Shown: in pieces, positions 1-6,387 of the stretch
Layout: the number at the start of each line of letters is the position of its first letter
Numbering within the stretch: position 1 is the stretch's first letter
From: Octopus sinensis
Taxonomy: Eukaryota
Assembly: GCF_006345805.1 (NCBI RefSeq)
Contig: NW_021827897.1
Location: forward strand, 1 to 9,377
Length of the DNA stretch: 9,377 nucleotides
Direction of reading: 5' to 3'
The notes under the pieces: generated by a model
Seen by the model: the letters and a program-made list of their open reading frames with translations, nothing else
Databases searched by the model: none
What the model was told of the DNA's origin: nothing
Position numbers and translations under genes: made by a program

Positions 1-24
1 GCGAGCCACAGCACACATAAATCA

Positions 25-235
25 GAATTGAGATTGTGGTTTTGATTCCTGGACCGGGTGACGCGTTGTGTCCTTGAGCAAGACACTTCATTTCACATTG
101 CTTCAGTCCACTCAGCTGGTAGAAATGAGTAATCCTGAGACGAACCGGCGTCCCGTCCAGGTGGGAAATATATACGCCATGGCAACCGGGTAAACCGACC
201 CCACGAGTTTAAATGACTCGGGAAGGAATTTTACT
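25..235 (+). mobile_element. tRNA-derived SINE, working family C (CORE-like central domain), 3' tail variant 1; A-box region degraded
   Basis: B-box-like GTGGTTTTGATTCC (~36-49) is followed by TTGTGTCCTTGAGCAAGACACTTCATTTCAC...CACTCAGCTGGTAGAAATGAGT (to 130). This aligns with the reverse complement of ~3135-3232. CCTTGAGCAAGACACTT resembles the CORE-SINE motif CCTTGGGCAAGTCACTT. Confidence 0.8.
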
Positions 236-271
236 CATAAATATTTATTAATGTTTCTCTATATATAAAGT

Positions 272-328
272 TATATATAAAAACATTTTAATGAAAAAGT
301 ATTCACTATTCTTTTAGTAATATACAAC
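272..328. repeat. Left copy of 57-bp direct repeat (putative target-site duplication)
   Basis: TATATATAAAAACATTTTAATGAAAAAGTATTCACTATTCTTTTAGTAATATACAAC matches 718-774 at 53/57 positions ungapped. Confidence 0.9.
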
Positions 329-717
329 TCTTTTACTCTCTTACTTGTTTCAGTCATTTGACTGCGGCCATGCTGGAGCACCACCTTCAATCGAGCAAAT
401 CGACCCCGGGACTTAATCTTTGTAAGCCCAGTACTTATTCTATCGGTCTCTTTTTGCCGTGACGGGGACGTAAACACACCAACATCGGTTGTCAAGCAAT
501 GCTAGGGGGACAAACATAGACACACACACACACACACATATATATACATATATACGACAGGCTTCTTTCAATTTCCGTCTACCAAATCCACTCACAAGGC
601 ATTGGTTGGCCCGAGGCTATAGCAGAAGACACTTGCCCAAGATGCCACGCAGTGGAACTGAACCCGGAACCATGTGGTTGGTTAGCAAGCTACTTACCAC
701 ACAGCCACTCCTGCGCC
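329..717 (-). mobile_element. Full-length tRNA-derived SINE, working family A, with internal (CA)n/(TA)n linker
   Basis: The minus strand starts AGGCGCAGGAGTGGCTGTGTGGTAAG (A-box-like, 693-707), with B-box-like GGTTCAGTTCC at 654-664, an internal microsatellite at ~519-553, and the 3' tail GAAACAAGTAAGAGAGTAAAAGA. It is homologous to 6388-6768, 1441-1645 and 1776-1882, and is flanked by a 57-bp direct repeat. Confidence 0.9.
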
Positions 718-774
718 TATATATAAAAATATTTTAATGAAAAGTTATTCAATATTCTTTTAGTAATATACAAC
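718..774. repeat. Right copy of 57-bp direct repeat (putative target-site duplication)
   Basis: TATATATAAAAATATTTTAATGAAAAGTTATTCAATATTCTTTTAGTAATATACAAC abuts the SINE 5' end. Confidence 0.9.
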
Positions 775-1440
775 GTTTATTAAATTTTTGCAAGGAAACT
801 GATTCGTATTTTTAGCCCCCCCCCACTACACACGTATACATATGAATGTGTGTAATCGTGTGTCTAAATTAGCAATTTTAGAAAAAAAAAGAAAAAAGAG
901 AACAAACAACCTCTTTAAGCAAGAAAATGTATTTCAAAATTAAGATTGTTCCAACCGACCAATTATATCGCGTATGACACAATACCTTTTCTATTTATCA
1001 TTTTTCGTTCTAACAGAGCTTATCTCGTCTAATATTACAGAATTGTGAAGATTATGCAAGAATCCATCCTACAGAACACTACTTCGACCATTAAAACATC
1101 CTTTAGTCAAGCTAAGTTAACCAATATATTTCAGGAATGCTGATGCCGACGGAATTCTGTGTAGTAACATTTACTAATATAACGATTATTGCATGCTGTA
1201 TATGTCGACAATAACGCCAGCCAATACAACGTATCAGATATCGGAGGAAACTCTTAATTACTGAGGCTTAATTTTACATGAATTAACTCGTAAAACCAAA
1301 CGTTAATTTGGTAAATCGTGGAAGAAATTCCATCCAGAGACGAAGCTTTTGATAAGTCACGTAAGATTCCAGCCTTTGCCAAACTGAAAAGAAGAAATAT
1401 AAAAAAGAAAAGTGAAAAAAAAAACAGACACAGAATCCGT

Positions 1441-1645
1441 TTTTCTGCTATTTGTTTTAGTTACAGAAGTGCGGCCAGACTGGGGCACTACCACGCAGGG
1501 TTTAGTCGAAGAAATCTACTCCCAAAACTTATTTTAAAGTCTGATTCTTATTCTACATCGGTCTGTTTTGCCGAACCGCTATTGTTAGAGGGATGCAAAC
1601 ATTATACAACCAACACCGGTTGTTAAGCAGTGGATGGGGCACAAA
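1441..1645 (-). mobile_element. Diverged 3' half of family A SINE
   Basis: TGCGGCCAGACTGGGGCAC...GAAATC...CTTATTCTACATCGGTCTGTTTTGCCG...CCAACACCGGTTGTTAAGC...GGGGCACAAA aligns with 340-515. Confidence 0.75.
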
Positions 1646-1775
1646 GGCGAAGAGAAACTCTTACACAGGGAGAAAACTTTTACAAGGAAATGACTGGCAT
1701 TGTAATTGTCAGTCTGACGAAGGCGAGAATGCTGCAACTTCGAAGTCACTGTCACCTAACTACTTGTAAACGTCC

Positions 1776-1882
1776 TGGCTGTGTGGTAAGAAGCGTTGGT
1801 TCCCAACCACGCGGTTCCAGGTTCAGTCTCCCTGCGTGGCACCTTCTGCAAGTGTCTTCTACTATAACCTCGATTAGATCAA
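1776..1882 (+). mobile_element. 5' head fragment of family A SINE
   Basis: TGGCTGTGTGGTAAG...CCAACCACGCGGTTCCAGGTTCAGTC...CTGCGTGGCACCTT..GCAAGTGTCTTCTACTATAACCTCG is the reverse complement of ~610-707. Confidence 0.85.
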
Positions 1883-1894
1883 CCCACCCACCTA

Positions 1895-2046
1895 CCCAAA
1901 TGCGCAACTGATGTTTATTTTAACACGACCCCAAAAGGATAAAAGACAAAGTCGATCTCGCTGGCATTTGAACTCAGAACGTAGAGGCAGAGGAATTGCT
2001 GCTGCGCATTTTGTCTGGCGTGCTAACGATTCTGCCAGCTAGCCAC
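1895..2046 (-). mobile_element. Family B tRNA-derived SINE, 3'-truncated and diverged
   Basis: GACCCCAAAAGGATAAAAGACAAAGTCGATCTCG...ATTTGAACTCAGAACGTAG...GGCGTGCTAACGATTCTGCCAGCT aligns with 5495-5645. Confidence 0.85.
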
Positions 2047-2237
2047 ACATATAAACACACACATACATACATACATACATACATACATACATACATGTGT
2101 GTTTGTGTGTGTACATATATATATATATATGTGTGTGTGTATGTATGTATATATGCATACAAAACCTACAAAACCATTGAAAAATTAATGTTTAATTGCA
2201 TGAGCAAATATGTGTGTGTGTTTATATGTTTGTGTGT

Positions 2238-2290
<53 letters not shown>
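2047..2290. repeat. Compound microsatellites (CATA)n/(TG)n/(TA)n, with a pure (TG)n at ~2243-2289
   Basis: Direct reading of the sequence. Confidence 0.95.
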
Positions 2291-2292
<2 letters not shown>

Positions 2293-2522
2293 CACCTGCT
2301 GTTAGATTAAGAACATATAATACCAGAATTTCACGGCTAAACGTTCTGTAAGAGGCAAGGGGTGACTTGGAGAAGAAATTCCTGATTATTCGATTTAAGA
2401 TATCGTATGTCAAATATAATGTTATATGCGTATAGTGTAAAATATCGCATGTCCGATACGGTAGGATATATTCTATAATATTATTGTAATTATATGAATC
2501 AGTAAACATGAGGATGATGGTT

Positions 2523-2545
2523 ATAATAATAATAATAATAATAAT

Positions 2546-2578
<33 letters not shown>

Positions 2579-2608
2579 TATAATAATAATAATAATAATA
2601 ATAATAAT
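2523..2608. repeat. (AAT)n microsatellite
   Basis: About 28 units with two TTA interruptions, abutting the 3' end of a minus-strand family B SINE. Confidence 0.95.
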
Positions 2609-2813
2609 GGCTTCAAATTTGGGCACAAGGCCAGCGATTTTGAGGGAGGGAGTATTTCGGTTATATCGCCCCAAGATCTTGACTTGTATTTTAATTCATC
2701 GACTCCGATAGGGTGAAAGGCAAGGCCGAGCACGGCGGCATTTGATCTCAGAACGTAAAGTGACAGAAGAAAAGTAAATGAGCATTTTGTTCGACGCGCT
2801 AACGATTCAGCCA
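2608..2813 (-). mobile_element. Family B SINE, near full length, 3' tail variant 2
   Basis: Head GCTAACGATTCAGCCA and body GGTGAAAGGCAAGGCCGAG...ATTTGATCTCAGAACGTAAAG. The tail GGCTTCAAATTTGGGCACAAGGCCAGCGATTTTGAGGGAGG is the reverse complement of the tails at ~4245-4290 and ~4480-4535. Confidence 0.85.
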
Positions 2814-2925
2814 TCGGCCCAGAAAGGATGAAAGGCAAAGTTGTCAGCGGCGGCATTTGAACCCAGAACGTAAAGCCGGAACAAATGCCGCTAAGCATTT
2901 TGACCGGCGTACTAACGATTCTGCC
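2814..2925 (-). mobile_element. Family B SINE 5' half, in tandem with the previous copy
   Basis: TCGGCCCAGAAAGGATGAAAGGCAAAG...GGCATTTGAACCCAGAACGTAAAG...CTAAGCATTTTGACCGGCGTACTAACGATTCTGCC. Confidence 0.85.
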
Positions 2926-2936
2926 TTAATAATAAT

Positions 2937-3266
2937 TCGGAGATCCCCTTCGGTCACGAATGCCCATGAGATTGCATCTAGGAAGTTACCCTCCCAGGCA
3001 CAAGTCCGGGCAAGATTGTTTATGGAAGACCAGCAGTCACCCATGCATACCGGCCTCCCCTCTCCACACCACTGATGTTATCCAATGGAAAGGCAAAGGG
3101 GCCGATACAGCTTGGCACCTGTGACGTAGCAACTCATTTCTACAGCTGAGTGAACTGGAGCAACGTGAAATAAAGTGTCTTGCTCAAGAACACAATACGC
3201 ATCCCGGTCCGGGATTCGAACTCACAATCTGACGGTCGGAAGTTCTACACTCTAACCACTAAACCA
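2937..3266 (-). mobile_element. Family C tRNA-derived SINE (CORE-like), near full length, 3' tail variant 2
   Basis: Minus-strand A box TGGTTTAGTGGTTAGAG (3266-3250) and B box GAGTTCGAATCC (3223-3212) are followed by TTGTGTTCTTGAGCAAGACACTTTATTTCACG...CACTCAGCTGTAGAAATGAGT, shared with 31-130. Confidence 0.9.
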
Positions 3267-3284
3267 ATAATAGCAATAATAATG

Positions 3285-3345
<61 letters not shown>

Positions 3346-3415
3346 TAATAATGGTAAGAAGAAGAGAAGAAGAAGAAGAAGAATGGTAATAATAATAATG
3401 ATAATGATAATGATA
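3267..3415. repeat. (AAT)n microsatellite with an embedded (GAA)n block (~3356-3382)
   Basis: Direct reading of the sequence. Confidence 0.95.
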
Positions 3416-3910
3416 CAACTGTACACTAACGTTACACCGCTTTTAACGTAATTTGTAATTGTAAATATGAATTAGATCGTGGAGCAAGGGTTGATATAAA
3501 TCTCATATTTAGTAATAAAGGGCTAACGTTTCAGTGGAATATATTAAGCTTTATAGGGGGTAAAATAGTAAACCGACATGGGGTAAAGCAGAGGTGGGAT
3601 TCCTGGGGGGAATTTACACGGCAAATTTATTTATAATCCAGATTCTTCTCTTCATGTGGTTGCTAATACCATTCAAATGATATAATTTTTTTTTTTTTTG
3701 CTTTAAAATCCGGCAGTTTTTGTCTATTATACATGCAGAGAGCAGTAAAATGAGTTTTTATTCGACTCTCTCAGCACTTTTTTTTCAGAATACATTGTAC
3801 TAAACTTAATAAACAGCAGAAGTTTTAATTATCCTTAATATCTCCTTTCATTGCTCTCAGTTTGAGCGACGAAATTTTGAACTTTAATATTCAGTAAATA
3901 TTCATAAGTT

Positions 3911-4134
3911 GGCGAGGGTAGCAGAATCGTTGGCACACTGAACAAGATGCTAAATGGCATTTCGTCCGTCTTTACGTTCTGAGTTCAAATTCCGCCGAGG
4001 TCGACTTTACCTTTCATGCTTTCGATAAATTAAGTACCAGTTATGCACTGGGGTAGATGTAATCGACTTAATCCGTTGAACTGTCCTTGTTTGTCCCCTC
4101 TGTGTTTAGCCCCTTGTGGGTAGTAAAGAAATAG
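3911..4134 (+). mobile_element. Family B SINE, 3' tail variant 1 (old-looking head, young-looking 3' end)
   Basis: A-box-like GCAGAATCGTTGG and B-box-like GAGTTCAAATTCC (3981-3993). The tail CTGTCCTTGTTTGTCCCCTCTGTGTTTAGCCCCTTGTGGGTA (4081-4122) is identical to the reverse complement of 5428-5469. Confidence 0.9.
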
Positions 4135-4290
4135 ATATTTCGTCCGTCTTCACGTTCTGAGTTCAAATTCCGCCGAGGTCGACTTCATCCTTTCGAGGTC
4201 GATAAAATAACTACCACCTGGGCACAGGAGTCTTTGAAATCGACTTACCTCCTGCCTCAAAACAGGCCTTGAGCCAAAATTTTAAACTAA
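4135..4290 (+). mobile_element. Headless family B SINE body, 3' tail variant 2
   Basis: Begins TATTTCGTCCGTCTTCACGTTCTGAGTTCAAATTCC immediately after the previous tail and ends GGCCTTGAGCCAAAATTTTAAACTAA. Confidence 0.85.
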
Positions 4291-4320
4291 TATTTAGTAA
4301 ATATTTCGACATTTAGTAAA

Positions 4321-4535
4321 GGGCAATATCATTAAAGCGCCGGAAAAATAGTTAGTGGCCTTTAATCCGGCTTTTTACGTTTTGACTTCAAATTCCACTG
4401 AGGTCGATTTTGCCGTTCATCCTTTCTGGGTTGATAAATTAAGTATCAGTCAAATACTGAAGCTGACATAATCGAATGTCCCACTTCCCTAAAAAAAAAA
4501 AAAAATGCTGACCTTTTGCCAAAATTGGAAACTAA
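4321..4535 (+). mobile_element. Older diverged family B SINE, tail variant 2, with internal A15 expansion
   Basis: TTACGTTTTGACTTCAAATTCCACTGAGGTCGATTTTGCCGTTCATCCTTTC...GATAAATTAAGTATCAG...GCTGACCTTTTGCCAAAATTGGAAACTAA. Confidence 0.8.
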
Positions 4536-4661
4536 TATTTAGTAAATCTTTTTTGTGTGTATTTTGTATTTTATAATTCTTCATTAATCATCCAAGAATA
4601 ACTCCAGACATTTTTCTCACACCATGTCAAGTTTAAAGGTGTTAAACGGGTAGAAAAATAA

Positions 4662-5131
4662 CACCCACATAAGAACAAATGTCACGAGACAAGTCGTCTC
4701 ACCCCAGTGTTCAAAAATAGTTCCACATATTCGGAGCCAAATTCTTCACGCAGCACCTTGAACAAGCAAGTATTTGGGTGCTCGACCTTTTATGAAAAGG
4801 GTTCTTCGTACAATGTAAGTCACAACATTTTTTAATGATATGTGTGATAACCTATGTTACACGAGTCAGAATGCGACTCGAGTCACATTTTTAAATTATG
4901 AGTTTTTCAAAATAAATACTCGGAAATAAGAACCGATACAACACCGACTTTCCGGACTCTGATGGTCTGGAACATCTTACGATCCGAACTAATTTATAAA
5001 GTCTTCCTTGACCACAAATGGCCTGAACTCTTTAGATGAACACCACCCTGTACATAACTCCATGTCCCCCTACATGGCCTTGCTTTTTGCTTTTTGAGCC
5101 AAAAAATTAACTAACTAACTAACTAACTAAC
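4662..5131 (+). mobile_element. Decayed, 5'-truncated 3' end of a CR1/L2-group LINE (ORF2 C-terminus, 3' UTR and (AACT)n tail)
   Basis: ACTCGAGTCAC at 4876-4886 reads TRGH if one G is restored. One frame, 4884-5039, then reads HIFKL*VFQNKYSEIRTDTTPTFRTLMVWNILRSELIYKVFLDHKWPELFR*. This matches the order and approximate spacing of the CR1-type C-terminal motifs TRGHxFKL...WNxLP...FKxxLDxxW. An upstream frame, 4662-4830, has RLTPVFKNSSTYSE, similar to the expected ..P.LK.LSYEE. A stem-loop at 5060-5077 and (TAAC)6 at 5108-5131 follow the stop codon. Confidence 0.6.
5108..5131 (+). repeat. (TAAC)6 tetranucleotide repeat, probable LINE 3' tail
   Basis: TAACTAACTAACTAACTAACTAAC; this motif forms no other array in the window. 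Confidence 0.9.
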
Positions 5132-5190
5132 AATGTTCAGGGACTTGCATTTCATTTAATTTATTGAGGTAAATTCAATATTTATCTAAC

Positions 5191-5320
5191 TTAGACTATG
5201 TTGACCAAAGTGACCACACTTGGTTCGGAAAAATCAGTAATCCAGAAGAGCTTTGGAATCAAAGGTACCGGAAGATCGATACTGTACCTGTATTAAATAA
5301 AGGTGTCCAAGTGTTTGGGC
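5191..5320 (-). pseudogene. Possible heavily decayed CR1/L2-type reverse transcriptase fragment
   Basis: Minus-strand frames give TFDS and then KLFWITDFSEPSVVTLVN. These resemble the RT motifs KAFDSV and KLLxWIxDFL..R.QxVxVN, but the match needs a frameshift and an internal deletion. Confidence 0.3.
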
Positions 5321-5416
5321 TTTGCTATGTTTGCGGTGAATGGCGCAGTATATGGATGTAAATGAATGGACTTTTATTTTTTCCCAAAAGCAATATAATT
5401 GGACTTTACTCCAACC

Positions 5417-5645
5417 TATTTATTTATTACCCACAAGGGGCTAAACACAGAGGGGACAAACAAGGACAGACATAGGTATTAAGTCGATTACATCGACCCA
5501 GTGCGTAACTGGTACTTATTTAATCGACCCCCGAAAGGATGAAAGGCAAAGTCGACCTGCGCGGAATTTGAACTCAGAACGTAGCGGCAGACGAAATACC
5601 GCTAAAATTTCGCCCGGCGTGCTAACAATTCTGCCAGCTCGCCGC
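5417..5645 (-). mobile_element. Young full-length family B SINE, tail variant 1, with perfect 13-bp target-site duplication
   Basis: The minus strand starts GCGGCGAGCTGGCAGAATTGTTAGCACG (A-box-like, 5636-5622), with B-box-like GAGTTCAAATTCC at 5575-5563. CTTTACTCCAACC lies at both 5404-5416 and 5646-5658. Confidence 0.92.
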
Positions 5646-5744
5646 CTTTACTCCAACCGTTGCGGCTGTTCTATCCCTTGCTTTCCTCACTGTTTTCCAT
5701 ATTTTTCAAAGTAGGCAGATAGATAATGCCTAGTCCATAATTAC

Positions 5745-5852
5745 GACACGTGGTCTAAGTTGGGATGTGAAGCACATGATCATAAATTCGCGGTTTCAGT
5801 TCCTAGACAGACAGCGTGTTGGGTCCTTGGACGTGCCACTTTATTTCATACG
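5745..5852 (+). mobile_element. Diverged family C SINE head and core fragment
   Basis: GCGGTTTCAGTTCCTAGACAGACAGCGTGTTGGGTCCTTGG....CACTTTATTTCA aligns loosely with 36-95. Confidence 0.55.
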
Positions 5853-6084
5853 GTGTATTTATAATTTTGCTTAATAAATATCATGCCAATGATGAAATCG
5901 AACCTTCAACTCATCGGTTGGTAATCTCTCACGCAATCAACTCTCAAAAGAAAAAAAATTGCTTTTTTTCCTGACCTATTTCAGGGTTTCTGAGACCAGT
6001 AGGAACGTGGGAGGGGATATCTTTACATTAGAGACCTTCATTGCAACTTGTGGACTCTTCTGATACACGTAACAAAGGTGCCAG

Positions 6085-6210
6085 ACAGCAACAGATTAAA
6101 TCTACCCATTTTGCAGGGCCACAACCGAAATTTGAACTCTGGCAAGGAACCAGAACAAATACCAGAGAACACCCTGACCAGGAACCGATGATTCTTGCCA
6201 GTCCATCCAC
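6085..6210 (-). mobile_element. Very old family B-like SINE remnant
   Basis: The motifs GAAATTTGAACTC, GAACAAATACC and GATTCTTGCCAG occur in the same order as in 5560-5640 and 2850-2925. Confidence 0.45.
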
Positions 6211-6387
6211 CCCGAATATTACTTTATTTATTGCCACCGGGAAAAATAAAAATAAACTGATCCCTGTAGGGATTAGAACTCACACGAACAGATTAAACAA
6301 ACCCGCCAACTCGCTGCCACGATTTAAAGGTACATCAAATGAAACGGTAAACGGTTATAAAATTCTTCTGCTATTCCACCTTCATAT

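Noticed and set aside
271-737. ORFs 271-495 and 489-737
   Set aside because: They lie inside a family A SINE; these are chance frames.
985-1016. Strong-looking splice acceptor (pyrimidine tract ...TTCTAACAG)
   Set aside because: All downstream frames stop within about 27 codons and no good donor follows. Such motifs are common in AT-rich DNA.
1715-1745. CTGACGA...CGAAG resembling a hammerhead ribozyme or Penelope-type core
   Set aside because: It has GAAG instead of the required GAAA, no G-C closed stem II, and no evident stems I and III.
1318-1911. ORFs of 102 and 93 aa starting at GTG
   Set aside because: They run across A-rich sequence and SINE fragments, with no recognisable protein.
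1974-2711. ORFs rich in HTYI/VCVC/poly-Ile
   Set aside because: They are translations of (CA)n, (TG)n, (CATA)n and (AAT)n microsatellites, which lack stops in some frames.
3200-3266. tRNA-like sequence with A and B boxes
   Set aside because: It is the head of a SINE and continues into the CORE-like domain; no complete cloverleaf or acceptor stem is present.
3885-4547. CRISPR-like repeat/spacer pattern
   Set aside because: The 'spacers' are homologous SINE copies, the context is eukaryotic, and there are no cas genes.
4703-4786. Apparent 84-bp phase-0 minus-strand exon (AG|VEHPNTCLFKVLREEFGSEYVELFLNTG|GTGAGA)
   Set aside because: The acceptor is weak (AAAG), the peptide is unrecognised, and the region is better explained as the antisense of a decayed LINE ORF2. 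It would be revived by spliced RNA-seq reads.
4870-4889. 20-bp near-perfect palindrome AATGCGACTCGAGTCACATT
   Set aside because: It is a single short palindrome overlapping the LINE TRGH codons, with no partner TIR or other context.
5108-5131. (TTAG)n on the minus strand as an interstitial telomere
   Set aside because: It matches neither TTAGGG nor TTAGG and is better explained as a retroelement tail.
5890-5945. Minus-strand GGTTCGATTTC B-box-like motif
   Set aside because: There is too little flanking similarity to call a SINE.
5961-6062. Textbook acceptor TTTTTTTCCTGACCTATTTCAG|G followed by a short frame VSETSRNVGGDIFTLETFIATCGLF*
   Set aside because: There is no convincing donor and no recognisable peptide, so it cannot be supported without transcript data.
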